This document shows positions 1-14,229 of a DNA stretch of 64,000 nt, piece after piece (positions within the stretch are counted from its first letter, which is position 1; every line of letters begins with the position of its first letter). The stretch covers positions 93,496,001 to 93,560,000 of the forward strand of contig JBITNC010000001.1 in the NCBI GenBank assembly GCA_050084985.1. The letters are read 5' to 3'. The DNA comes from Nageia nagi. Lineage: Eukaryota; Plantae; Pinophyta. The notes under the pieces are model-generated. The model did not search any database. It worked only from the letters and a program-made list of their open reading frames with translations, and was not told the DNA's origin. Both the position numbers and the translations under genes were made by a program.

Positions 1-1400
1 TTTAATTTTCCTATGATAAGGAAGATAGATATATGATTATTTATGTTATTTATGTATTAGAGATATTAAAAATAGAATTCATCATAGTCCTCTTGGATAT
101 TTAATATACATGTATTAAAAACAATAACATGTGATAGTTAAATACAATTTCAAAGTGTCCAACATGTATGTATAAATATTGAACTATAATTGAAAAGTTT
201 GCTAACCTTTCATAATTGTTATGTTTGTAATTAAATAAGGATAATATATGTTGAAATTTTTTCCAAAATATTTGCTAAAATCATAGATTATATTCTCCTT
301 AGGTAACAAAATAAGGATAATATGTTCTTATTCGATGGTGTTTGTAAAAGTCATATATCCATATGTAGCATCTTTAAGTTGATTAAAGTGTATGTGCAAT
401 TTAGCAATATATGTGGAGTAGAGTGAGGTAAATATAAGAAAAACATAAATTGATTAAGTTCTAATTTTTCCTCCTTGAAAATGTGTCAAACATCAATCTA
501 AATAATATCATCATCTCCTTGAATTATACTATGTAGCTTGATCAAATGGAAAATGAAATTTTTTATTTCCTATGATAAAGAAGATATATCTATGATTATT
601 TGTGTTATTTATGAATTAGAAATCTTAAAAATATAATTCATCATATTCCTCTTGGCTCTTTACTATACATTTATTAATAATAATAACATGTTATAGTTCA
701 ATACACTTTTAAAGAGTCCAACATGTATGTATAAAAATTGAACTATAATTGAAAAGTTTGCTAAACTTTCATAGTTGTTGTATTTGTAACTAAATAAGGA
801 TAATATGTGTTGAAACATTTGCCAAAATATTCACTAAAATCATATATTATATTCTCCTTAGGTAACAAAATAATAATAATATGTTTCTTATTCGATGGTG
901 TTTGTAAAATTCATATATCCCTATATATCATCTTTAAATTGATTAAAGTGTATGTGCAATTTAGCAATATATGTGGTGTAGAGTGACACCAATATAAGAA
1001 CATAAATTGATTAAATTAAGTTCTAATTCTTCCTTACTGAACATAAGGCCAACATCAATCTAAATAATCTCATCATCTCCTTTAATTATACTATGTAGCT
1101 CAATCAAATGGCTAATGAAATTTTTAATTTCCTATGATAAGGAAGATAGATCTATGATTATTTATGTTATTTATGTATTAGCAATATCAAAAATAGAATT
1201 CATCATAGTCCTATTGTGTCTTAAATATACATGTATTAACAACAATAACATGTGATAGTTCAATACACCTTTAAAAAGTCTAATATGTATGTATAAATAT
1301 TGAACTATAGTTGAAAAGTTTGCCAAACTTTCATATAAATATTCACTAAAATCATAGATTATATTATCTATAGGTAAATAAATAAGGATAATATTTTTCT
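1..1400. repeat. AT-rich tandem repeat, about 560-bp unit, two full copies plus an internally deleted third
   Basis: The motif ttcctatgataa(g/a)gaagata recurs near 8, 568 and 1129, and the downstream sequence aligns between copies. The array runs off the left edge of the window. Confidence 0.9.
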
Positions 1401-4400
1401 TATGTTTTTTTGAATATTTTTGTTTATGTTATTTATGTTTTAAACCACTCCTTCTCCCCCTCCCCTTCTGCCCTTCCCCTTCTTTCCCTCCCCTTATCAA
1501 GTAATTTGTGTGATCTATGTATGCATGAGTTGAAGAAATGTTGATGAGAAAAAAGATTTGTTTGTATTAGTTTATGAGAAAAAAGAGTGAATTGCCCAAC
1601 CAAAAGACTCATCCTATTAAATAAATTATTGAATTAGTAGGGATACCTATCCTAAGCATCCATCTAGCAATTTTGAATTACAAGATGTTAAGAATTAAAG
1701 TTTCCACTCAAGAATATGAAAGATAGAAGATGATAATTTATTTTTTCTCATTATTTCATTATCTTATGGCCATAAAAAGGATATAATATTGTTCAAATAC
1801 TCTATCAAAATCTATTAGTTCTACCTTTAAAGATAAAATTGTTCAAACTTTATAGATTTATGTAAGTACCAATATGAAGTAGATGATCATTAAGAAGATG
1901 TGTTTGTTTATTTTAAAAGGTTGTTTGTATTAGTTGACGAGAAAAAATAGTTATTTGTATTATTTTATTTATTATTAATTTTAATATGTGTTTAATTTCA
2001 TTACTTACTAAGTGTTAAACTTCATTAATAATTTCAAAAAAGTGTTCATATTAGATGCATGTTTTAGTATTATGATTAAATTACAATATGCTTAGTTAAG
2101 TGTTTATTTTTTCAACTTATTTATCCAACGATTCTCCTCATAAAGTGGAAGAGATCATCACTTAAATCTATATGATTTATTTGCAATTATCCCATCAAAT
2201 TTTGTAAGATTAGTAAGTTTGTAAAATTAGTAATTTAACATTAGTAAGTTTTCAATCATAATTAATAAAAGAGATAATAGTTTCCAATCATAATTACTAA
2301 ATTTATAGAACATACATTTTATCCATAACAACATCTAATTCATCGACATCCACCAAAAAACATCATCAACATACATATATGAAAAAATACATAATAGCAT
2401 AGTCCATGAGAATGTCCATAGTCCATAATAACATAGTCTTGTAAGAATATCCATAGTCCAAGATAAAACATGCATACATGTATATATATATAAATACAAA
2501 GTCCATGTACATAACAATATATAATCCATAAAAAATATTGTACTATAACTAATTCCATCTATCTAACTAGATCCACTTGTGTCATAATCAATCTTCCTTT
2601 CAATTCCATGTGATGAAGGTGAAACTGTAGACTCATGTTGTACAAGATAAAGAAACATAAAATCATATTTAAATTTGATTCAATAATTATTTTATATTCT
2701 TTAATATATATACACACTACAAAAAAACATAAATTACTACATCATGCTGCTTGTATCCTCATTGAGTAGCCATTGAATCCTATTGCACCTATGGTGTACC
2801 CATTGTATCAACATCAAAGGTATCATCAACTATATCCTATAAGATCAAATAAAGAACAAACATAAATTTAAATTATTTATGTTATAGATTAAATAAATAA
2901 TTAAATTAAATGAATGTACATGTAGATTAATTATTTTAAGAAAGTACCTGAAATCTTGAAGATGAATGAGGGTGAAATTATGTATCATGAGTAACCTGGT
3001 GATCGAGACCCATCCTAATGATGGTATCAACCTACAAACATATATACAATTTACATGTTAGATAGTGAAAAATAAAAGTATAATTCTAGTTCTTAATTTC
3101 TAAAAAGACATACAATGGGTGGTAGATCCTAAATAGTAGACATCAAAGGAGAACTCAACACACCCTTTGGGCTCAAATGTGAACATCTCATGACCTACTT
3201 GTAATAAAAAAAATTATGAACATGCATGGACACATATAAAAGTTAAATACAACATTACAATTTGATATCGATATATTTGGTTATCTTATAAGGTGTCTGA
3301 TGTTGTCTCGGATTGGATATAATATGACCTTGATCATATCCACCAGATGATGTAGAGCCCATAATTTACACCAAAAAAAAATAAATATATTTAAGATTGA
3401 AAGTAATTATATAAAATTCTTATTAAATATAAAATATGTACATTAAAAACACACTTAATTTCCCAATGTACTAGAAGGATAATCAACAAATACAATATGT
3501 ATAAAAGTCTCATAAGAATATGCTATAGCTACACCTAGAGTGGGCCCAAAATATATTTGATGGTCATGTTGGTACCTTTGAGGTATCATCATGTATGAGC
3601 TACTAGATCCATCTCCATCATATCCTCCATGATGTCGCTCATTGAACTTAGCTACCATATTGGTAGCTTGTTCAATGAGAATATCTAATAGCTTATTCAA
3701 TGCCCCTAATGTTGAAACCACTACAAAATTAAGAACAATAGTAGGAATAGTAGAACTAGTAGAAGGGAAGAGAGGTGGAACACATGTAGGTCAATTAGGA
3801 TCAACCCATTTCCCTAGCCTATCATGTGGACAACCAAGACCAATACCATGAGATGGTCTAATATCAAAGTAATTTGGTTTTTATGCAATACAAACTTTGC
3901 ATGCAACTTTTTTAAAAAATAAAATGGGATATTTCTCCCATTTCCATGTGGGGCTTGATCAAATACCATCCACCATCAATCCCAAAAATAATAGGCTATC
4001 TCCAGATGGGTATACCACCTAATACTAATTTTTTGCTTGCTAGGTAGGATTGGTTGATTGGTTTTGGAATTAATGAAATACTTAGATATTATTTATTTTG
4101 TAATTTTTAGGTCATTAATGTCCTTATAGGAGATACCATTTGCATAAAACAATACTACCTCCTCTATTGATGTATAGTAATGATCAATATCCTCATCCAA
4201 GGACCTAATAGTATCAACTATGGTCTATATCATAGATACAAACTATGACATATGGAGGGGAAGATTCCTACCAAGAGTATGGAGTCCACTCATTGTATCA
4301 TGCAAGAGATAGATATTTTTATTAATAGTTGCTCTAAGGTTATCCTCATCTGATTAAGGGGGTGGGGGTTTTTCATGAGGTGGACTAAGGGGTGGAGGTG

Positions 4401-4899
4401 GAAGATTATCATCATGTGGACTATGGAGTGGAGATTAGCTAATTATCTTTTTTTTGTGTAAATTCAAACCCAAATTAAGATTAGCTAAGATAAGGAATCA
4501 TTTCAAGTGGTTATGAACTCTATCCCTCCATATTTGCCTCATAAAATAGGTATTAGAGTCTACTAGAACCCAAGGGTGGATAGGCTATATATAGTTTAAT
4601 GATTTTATATCCAAATAGGCTATAAGTGTGGATAGGCTATAAAGTGTGGATAGTTTATCATTTCTTCCATATCTTAAAATTCATCCTATATTTTAACAAA
4701 TTGGTCAAGAGTCATGATATTGATTCAAGAAATAAATCTCAATCAAAATAAGTTGACTAGTTATTCAAACTAATCCTTCCTAGATCAAACAAAATAACAT
4801 CAATTAAAGCCTAGTAGGTTATAATCTACTTTTTTTTGGGTAGTTAAAAATATTTATTACTTTAGAAAAAAGTTACAATGGATACAAAGAGGGCATGAG

Positions 4900-7716
4900 G
4901 GCCAATACTCCATAGGAGTATTCAAGGAGAGTAAATAGACATTTCATTATTAACTCCACTTAAAATCTATGTGGAATTAGGTTCAATTAACCTACTAAAA
5001 ATAATCCAAAAAAGTCCCAAAAGCCATTGCATAAGTGAGTCAAAGATCAAAGGGATTTACTAAGGAAGGGGGAGAGATTTTGACCATAGTATGTAGATAC
5101 TGATAGTTATTGTTGGACCTAGATGAACGATGCACAAATGCTTGTTGCAAGGTTGAATGCTGCTATTTTGAAGAGTGCTTCCAAGTATAGGAACAAAATG
5201 CTATTTTGAGTTGTTACGCTAACCTTTGAGAACTGGTCTCCATAGTCCCATGATGTGAGTGTCTTGTGGGGAGATGGTATTGTTGATTTCAATTATCTCC
5301 CAAATGTAGGTCAGTTGAATCCCAATATTCTTCCAAATTTTCTCCCCCAAGGATTGTGATCTCCTAAATATATGAATATTTGTCTTTATCCATATGTTCT
5401 AAAGTAACATGGTTAGAGTAGCTTTCCAAATTAGTAGTGAGACTTTGAGAGCTCTAGGTGGGAGCTAAGTATGCATGAGGACACCTATTATTTGTAGTAA
5501 ACTCCATTGAATATAGAAGAAAATGATTACTTTATTCCATAGGTGAGTTGCATAAGGATAATGTAGCAAGAGATGGGGATCGATCTCAGGTACTTGATTG
5601 CACATCACATAGGTATTTATCTCTATCCAACCTCACTTGAAAAATTATTCTTTGGATAGAATTTTATCATATATAGCTACCCATAAGAATAACTTTTCCT
5701 TGGGATAAGCTTTTGAAGCCCAGGTTCATCTCTGGATAGAGTTTGGGAATTTTAAGCAAGCTTTGGGAGAGAGCACATGATATGTTGATCGGAATGAATA
5801 TTTACCTAAGGGGGATAGTGACCATGCAATATGATCATCACCATCAAGCTTGAGCTAGTAAATCAAGAGTAAAGATTCAAGTTCTAATTTCTCATGGATA
5901 AGTGCTGGAGGGACATCAGGTAACTTGTACCAAGTTTTCCTATGAGTTCCATTTGATTTTGACCAATGCTAATATTTGTAGACTAAATCACCCCATTATT
6001 GGCTGATGAAGCTCTATAGCTAAACAAACTAAGTAAGAGAGTGGAAAGGGGTACAACCAAGTGTCTTACCAAAAATCTACTTTTGTTCCACTCAAAAAAT
6101 TAACTACTTAGGGTCAAACCTTCTTGATACCATTCCATACCATGGAACTAATGGGAATATCAATAGCTATGAAAACTTGTTCAAGCTTATCATTGTACAT
6201 ATACTTTTTTCTAAGGACTTTGATCCAAAGAGAGTTATGATCAGAGTAGATTATTTAGACAAGCTTACCTAAGAGAGTTGTATTCATAGTTTGAAGCCTT
6301 TTGATGCCAAGACCACCTCTGATGACATCTAAGTAGACTACATCCCATGCTACTTAGTGGATTTTTTTATGTTCATAATTACCTTACCAAAGATAGTCTC
6401 TCATAGTCCATTCAAGATCAAGGAGGATCTTTGAGAGGAGCTAGAGGAACCCAAGCCAAAAAATTGGCAAAGCATTGAGGATTGATTTGATGTGTATCAA
6501 TATGCTAGCTGTGGATATCCATTTTATTTTCCATTATGCTAGTTTAGAAGAAGCCTTTGCTTTGATCATATCCCATAAGGTCCCTACATGCCCCCCATGT
6601 AAAAGAGGAAGACCAAGATAGGTGCTAGGTAATTATCCATGGTCATTCTAGTGAGCTAAAATAACATGTTTAGAAGGGGAGGCATGAGATTCAAGCCAAA
6701 GATCTTGGATTTAGAGTAATTTATAACTTGCCCAAAAGAGATTTCATAGGAATTGAGGAGTGATTTTATCATGTGTATCTCTTGAACTAAGGCGTAAGTA
6801 GCAAGGATGGTGTCATTAACAAATTGTGAGTGGGTCATAGGTGGGCTTTGGGTATTGATAAGTAGACCTTTAATTTTCCCTACTAATTGAAGATGTTTCA
6901 GACCCCTACCTAGAGCTTCAACAATAATGATAAAAAGATACAAGGATATAGGATAACCTTGGTGAAGACCTTAGGTGCTCTTGAAGAATCCATGTGTGCT
7001 ACCATTGATAAGAATGGAGAAGGAGGGGTTGCTAATGAGGGCTAAAATCCATTGGATCCAATCATTCGAAAACCCAAACTTTCCTAACAAGTGGGTTAAG
7101 AAGCTCCAATTTATCCTTTCAAAAGCTTTCATCATGTTTAGTTTCATTAATAGACATTTTCATTTTACATATTAAAGGAATGGATCCATTCATGGATAAG
7201 GATGGAACCATCCATGAGTTATCTTCCCTTAATAAAAGGCTTTTTTTATCAAATAAAATTGAGGGGATAATAAGTTTGAGCCTATTGGCTACCACTTTAG
7301 ATATGATCTTGTAAATATAGTTACAAATGGAGATAGGATGGAAAGACTCAATGACATCAGAATCTACAACTTTTGGAATTAAGGATAAAATGATGTGGTT
7401 CATTCTACCCAAGACTTGTTTGGTGTGGAATGATTCTCTTACCTTCCCAACTATTTCATCTTTGAGTAAATACTAGAAATAATGATAAAATCTAGGAGGA
7501 AATCCATCAAGATCTAGAGCATCATAACTCTTCATTTGCAATACTGATACATATACCATGCCATTTTGTTTAGGGCTGATAATGGTTGGTATGAGTCTTA
7601 TAAAATGATCTTGGGATTCCACTCAATCTACATCCATTTCAATTAGTAGACATTTATATAAAGAAGTGATATGATTGTCTAGCCTATCAGAGGTGTTAAT
7701 GATATGACCATCTAAG
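4900..7716 (-). pseudogene. LINE ORF2, 3' part (reverse transcriptase and C-terminal region), disrupted
   Basis: ORF fragments LIPKV...FHPISICNYIYKIISKVVANRLK, YLFIIIVEALGR and THSQFVNDT (degenerate FADD motif). Many stops and frameshifts. Confidence 0.9.
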
Positions 7717-7721
7717 GTTCA

Positions 7722-9851
7722 TGTTGATTGGTATAATGTAATCTCAAAGGGTTTGGTCTAATCAAGTTCTCTATTTCCTATAATAGTAGGTTCCTTGAAA
7801 TAGCAAAAGGTCATGGGAATGCATTCATGTTGTTTTTTTGCTCAATCTTTGGGTTATATACTAACTCCTATCTATTATAAAGGTTAAAAGTAATAAGAAA
7901 GAGATAAAAGGTATAGAGTTATAGGAAAGAGATTAACAAATTGAACTAAAACTAAAGCAAAAACTTCATAGCCTAGGCATTGTAGCACAAGCAACAATCC
8001 ATAGCGAAGATTAAGACTAGCGAACTATCTTTACCCTTGGGGTCTTGCAATCATAATACATAGCCACAACTTAAGACATCATCTCATACACAACATTTAC
8101 AAAAGCAATAAACAACCACTTATTGTAAAAGGGCAAAGGATTATCTATTTGCATTATCATTTATGAAAGTATTTTACATACCTAGGCAAATTTGCTAGAA
8201 TGTCCTACCTCTTTGATTTCTAACAATTCACTATTTATACATATACATGCCTTGTTGGGTTATTATCTATCATTAATATACATAATTACTCATTTTGACT
8301 GAAACAAGAGAAGAAAACTATTTATAATAAATATTACAACTATGTTAGATTACACAGTGAATATGTACCAATAGTATGACTATCTAAGGATTTGAATTTT
8401 TTGAAGAATCATATTCATTGAGTTGTAATCCTCCTGATATGTCATTGATTGCTCCTTCTTTGGCCCTATAGTTGATTCAATATGGTACTGTAGATGATTG
8501 AAGAAGTACTTATTTGTAGTCGAATAGGTATGATTTGGCACTGTGTTCTATCGATATCTATCTACTTCTCTGCAACCATTGATGATCCATACTATAGTTC
8601 TAAATGAATAGAATAATGGAGGGTTATGAATAGTATATCAACCTAGTTTGAGAAGAAATTTCCATTGTTATGTGGAATTGAGTTGAAGTCAACACATTAA
8701 TAGGGCCTTAGGGGTCAAACACTTAAGATCAAGTGGACCCTAGTGTTACTTCTTATCCATTATTTTTATCTTAATCTAGTGGGTCTTATTTCTTTTCTTC
8801 AAGTTCTATTAATGATCTAGCTCTTGTTAGTACCCATTGATTTTATCCAAAAGTTTTAACATCATCACTCAAAATTGGTAGGCTCTATTTGGGATCTTCA
8901 TGAATCATCACTCACCATTACTTATTCTAAAACCTACTAATTTTAGCCAAAAGTTTTGACATCATCACTCAAAATTAGTAGGCTCTATTTGGTATCTTCA
9001 TGAATCATCACTCACCATTACTTGTTTCAAGACCTGTTAGTTTTAGCCAAAAATTCTAACATCATTACTCAAAATTAGTAGGCTATATTTGGGATCTTCA
9101 TGAATCATCATGTGACATTACTTATTTTAGAACTTGCTAATTTTAGCCAAAAGTTCTAACATCATAACTCAAAATTAGTGGGCTCTATTTGGGATCTTTA
9201 TGAATCATCACCTACCATTACTTGTTCTAGGACCTATTGATTTTATCCAAAAGTTCTGACATCATCACTCAAAATCAATGGGCTTTATTTGAGATCTTCA
9301 TGAATCATCACCCACCATTACTTGGATATAACTTGGACTTATATTTACAAAAATTCTTATATCATGTATTTATAAGAACTCCCAGACACTATATTTACAA
9401 AAACACTTGGACCATGTATTTACAAGAACTCTCAGACACTATATTTACAATAACTCCCAAACACTATATCTACAAAAACTCTTGGACATTTTCTTAGACT
9501 TTTCTTTTCCTATACATAATTCTTTTATAGATACAGTTCCTACTCCATTTGACTATTAATACAACTTAAGGTTAATCCTCAAAAGTTATTACAACACTTG
9601 ATCAAATTTGACTAGAAATTTACAAGGACAAATATCAAAGACAAGGACCCATACATACAATAGCTAGATTATATATACAATATCCGAATCTTAACAACAC
9701 TTGGAATTCTTTAGATTTAGAGCTAATAGAAGATTCAAATTTAATTTTAAAAGGAAGAAATTTTAATAGAAAGAATTGTCTAAAAATAATGAAAGAATAA
9801 AATAATGATATTGTGTTACCCTGACCTAGAGTGTAATTATGAAAGAATACA
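7722..9851 (-). repeat. 3' LTR of the Tat element
   Basis: TG...CA ends (tgttgatt...gaataca); aligns with 20342-22568. Confidence 0.88.
8838..9495. repeat. Tandem arrays in the LTR: 5 x 100 bp followed by about 6 x 25 bp
   Basis: tttta(g/t)ccaaaa at 8841, 8941, 9041, 9141 and 9241; then tatatttacaagaactcccagacac-like units. Confidence 0.92.
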
Positions 9852-12800
9852 ATCTTCTGGTAGCTCTTGAAGTCTCTACCTACTGGAGAATAGGACCCAC
9901 TACTTGCTGCTTCTAGTAGCTTATTAAGATGTAGATTTGTTAGGGGTCTCAAGTGGTGGAATTAGCTTTGCTAGAAGGAAGGGGTGCATCTTCTTATTCA
10001 AATCTTTAAGTTATTGATAGTCAAATAATGAAAAAATAGGGGATGCTTGAATCTTTATAGTATTTTATTTGAAACCTATCAGAATATTCTCTAGCCTCCC
10101 AATGAATAGAAACCTTCTAATTACTTCTTGAATAAGGTCATTTATTTATTGTAAATCTAAGATTTATTTTTCAAAAAATATTTCTTGAGGAATTTAATGG
10201 TATTAGCTATCCAACTAGTAGCACTACCCTATACATTCTACTCTTTCCATAATTTGGGAGCTTTCATTTCAATTAAAAAATTAAAGAATTTATTAATAAA
10301 TCCCAACTTTATTATTAGCTAGTGTTTACCAATGTCCATATTAAACACCAAATCTTGGAGTTTACCTATATCTCAAATCCTCCTCAAATATGATTATCTT
10401 GGCTTGGGAGTAATGGAAATTATGTCTTTTTTAGTCAAGACTCTCAAATAACTCTGCATTTTCTTAATAACTGATCTTAGTATATCTAGAGCTAATTGGT
10501 GGAGAGTGGTCTGCATGTTGAACTATTTTATGGATTGTAGTGTTTGTTCTTTTAACAAATGTAAATGTGATAAGTTCACCATCCTATCTTTAACTTGTTC
10601 CACTAAGTATTTTTGAAAGCCTTTTATCAGCAGTAATAGTTTTGAATTATCATTAGATAATACTTTGTTAGCTACTATGATGGTTTACAATTTAACCTCA
10701 ACTTGCTTGACCTTTTTGCCTTCCATAACTATAGCTTGAGCTTTAATATCTTGTATAATTTGATTTACATTATCTAACTTAGTCTTTATTTCTATCAAGA
10801 TCTTGAATTTTGACCTCCATTTATCAAGCTTTGTAAGCAGGTCTTTATTTTTATTCTACAACTTGACCACTATTTTATCTTTAAGGGAGTAGTCTTTCTT
10901 ATATTGATCAATTTTTTTATTCAATTTATCTATATTAATCTCCATTTCCTAAAGACTTTTATCAACTACCATTGAAGTATTCAAAAGGAACTTAGATTGG
11001 TCAATTACCGAATTACTCTGCATATTCACATAAATTATAGCCATGGGAGTAGTATCTAGTTGTCCTTCTTTAAAAGATATCTATGCTATCTTAATGTCTC
11101 CTAGTTTTGTTACTTTACTCAAAATTCTTGATTGTTGCTTAGAAAGCATGGGATATTTATTGACAAAAGTTTTCTAATCAATGGGCTCTACAATTTGCAT
11201 AAAAAAATTGATTTAATCTCCTCTTGAAAGGTTGTAAGAATTAAAGAATGAGGAGGATTATTTACATCTAAAGTGGTAATTATGATTTGTTGAATGAGTT
11301 CTTGCTATTTTGGAGGTGTAGTATGCTGAATTTCTATTGCTTTTTCTACTTTCTCCATGACCTTATCTTCATCATCAACTTTATCCATTAGGCTTGAGTC
11401 TCTTTTCTTTTGGGATTCATCATCATCATCACCACCATCATCACCCAATCCACCTCTAGGTGCAGTTACTATACATCCACCCTCTCTAAGTACATTTCCC
11501 CTACCTTGTTGAGTTTGCATATGTTCCTTTTTTAGGGTTTCTTTATTTTTTGAGACTTCTTCTTTTCTAGGAGCTATTCTTGAGCACTAGTGTCTGTATT
11601 TTGAGGCTCCTATAATTCCTCTATATCAAATATTTTTTCTTCTTTTACCACAACCCCTAAAGTTTCTTTTGTGATTTTGGGAGGCTAAGGCATAGTTCTC
11701 TATGATCTGGGCTATGTAGTGTGAGGTTTCTTTAATGGTTTTTCCTCTTTCTATAGGGTTTATTATTTTTGAGCAAGGGTATAAACTCTTCTCTTTTTTG
11801 GATAAAACTCCTAGAAAGTAGTAGTAGCATCTGAGGGATTTTATTCTCCCTTATTTTTAAGCTATTATAAGCTGGATGGTTATCTAACCTCTATTTATTT
11901 CACTCCTATAATTGATTTCCCTTGAAATTTAAGAGGAAGAGGCTAGCGAAATTTTGGAAAAGGATTTTTAGAATATTCTACCTTCCAAAATTTATCATAT
12001 TTAAATTTCTCAAATAATTCATTTTTAATATGATGAATCTTTGTTATATGTTCAAATTTGAATTTTGTGAAATAATGGATTTTATTGGGGCTCCAATCCA
12101 AATCTGTTAGTTGGATGAGGACATCTGGGTCAAGGACAAAGTATTGCTACTTATTTTTCTAGTTCCTATATTTCTTTATCCCCTCAAGGATCATCCAAGC
12201 CTTATTTAGGGGTATAAATTCCCAATCAGGGTACATTTCTACTTCTTGCTCAATTTTATTTACAAACTATTCCACATGAGATCTATATTCATAGGTAAAG
12301 ATTGGGCACTTCTTACTTGACCTTGTTATATTTATCATCTCCTTTGAAGGATCATACATCCATGGAGCTCCTATCATATCTACTTTAAAATTTTGTACAA
12401 TAAATTTTGCTATATTATCTTTACAACCTACTTCTAAAAGAGTGAAATTTTTTGTAGAAGTTGGTATATCTACAATAGATTTAAAACTACCCTTGGACCC
12501 ATACTTGGTCTCAATGGCATATATTTGGCTACCCATATCTATGGAATATAGCTAAGGGGTTACATACTTAGGCAAGAAAAAAGGTTTTTCAAAATACCCA
12601 TACCTAATAATCATGGAGTAGTATTTAAGGAATTACTAGTCATCGATTTTATTTCCTCCCTATAGCTTTTGTATAACACTCTTATGTAATATACTAGGGA
12701 GTCTTCCTATCAACATCTATACTATTATTACATATAATTTTTCCATAAACTTATAATACAATCCATGGAACTTGCTCAAGACTAGCACCCTCAAATCAAT

Positions 12801-13790
12801 TGGTATTGGTCCAATACTTGGATTTATTGGCTCAATTAATAGCCCTACCTCCATAAGTTTGTCAAGGTTTTGATGGGCCAAGAGCCACCAAAAATATGAA
12901 GAGTATATGAAATATAATTTTTCAATTTTGAAAAGATATATCTTTATCTCATTCAAAATAAATGCTGGGAAGTCATAGTAGACATGTGCCTCTATGATAT
13001 TGTAAGCCATATGCACCATGGCTTCATCTTCTTCTATTTGGATTTTCTTCCCCAAAATGACTTCCACTATCTATAACACCTCTCTATCCCTCTTGTTTTC
13101 AAATAGAGCAATGTCATAGCTTGGATAGAGCTATGTGGTTTTGTTTCCTTAATATCTCTCATAACTCTAGTTTATCATTTCATCTTCATTACTATAGAAA
13201 TCATTCTTCAATCTTTTTAAATCAATCTATTTCTTCACATGGAAAGTCCAATCAATTAGGATAGTAAATGCTTAAAGAATAGAATCAGGGGAGTAATCTA
13301 GTATTACTTCAAATTTTGGCTTTAACTCTTCTCCCTGATCTTGGTCCTTGAACATTCCTATCTGATAACCTTGTTGGTTATGACTATGTGCCACTAAATA
13401 CAATAGCTCAAAGCAAGTGAATGATTCATAGGGCACATAATAAGCTAGGCCCTAGTCAATCATAACTTATCTCTTTGACTATGCTAATGATTTATTTTTT
13501 CTAGCAACTTTAAGACTTATATATTGCAAAAGGATGCAATTGGGGTAAGCCCTCCATGTATCAATGTGGTTCATCACCTCCATCTCAATCCAATTCACCC
13601 TTGGAGCATTCTCAAGGTATGCCTCTTGCATGGCTATCAAGTTGGCATCCACTTGCTCTATTTTGATTAGAGTTGATAATTTGGAAGTTGTCATGGTCTC
13701 AACACTATTTTTAGAACCTCTAATTTGCATTTGAGAATCATAATCCACAGTCTGTAAGGTGTTGCAATTTTGTATCTCCTTACTCAACTC
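9852..13790 (-). pseudogene. Additional sense-strand ORF region downstream of integrase (function unknown), decayed
   Basis: A chain of minus-strand ORF fragments (13479-13787, 12717-13067, 12267-12536, 11305-11520, 9635-9952) lies between integrase and the 3' LTR. It includes a low-complexity GGLGDDGGDDDD segment and a Lys/Glu/Leu-rich stretch. Confidence 0.6.
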
Positions 13791-14229
13791 AGCTCTACAA
13801 ACTATAAGCTCTAGTCACTCTAGAAATTATTATGCTCAAAAATGGCTAAGTGTTGAGTCAAAAGGTATGTGGGATGTTTTATTCATCCAAGGTTTGTGAG
13901 ACTTCAATTAATGTTAATTAATGCTTAGGGTGTTGAGATCCATGCATCATATGAATTGGGCTACCATAAGCTGGATGAGTAGGCATGGAGCATGCCAAAT
14001 TAAAATTAGGGTACCCATATGATGTTTTGAGAAATTCAAGAAAATATTTCCTTAAATGATACCCTATTCAATTGATACCTTAGTAGCTCATAGACATTAA
14101 CTCTAGATCATGTCGAATTAATGTTGAACATTAATGGTTACCTATTTTCTTAGGATTTATGTCTAGAGATGTACAAGCCTTAAAAACACATTTTTTTTGA
14201 AATTATGTACACTATAAAGTCTCTGGTGG

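Noticed and set aside
2335-3851. Short ORFs in the track (60-90 aa) as real genes
   Set aside because: Low-complexity or AT-rich chance ORFs with no recognisable motifs. The same applies to most other short plus-strand ORFs in the window.
1400-4814. Possible decayed intron-containing DNA-transposon gene (MULE/CACTA-like) with short ggataggctata repeats at about 4575-4650
   Set aside because: No diagnostic protein motif or terminal inverted repeat could be identified, so it is left unannotated.
8838-9495. Regular arrays as CRISPR-like repeats
   Set aside because: The units are contiguous with no unique spacers, lie inside LTRs, and the context is eukaryotic with no cas genes.
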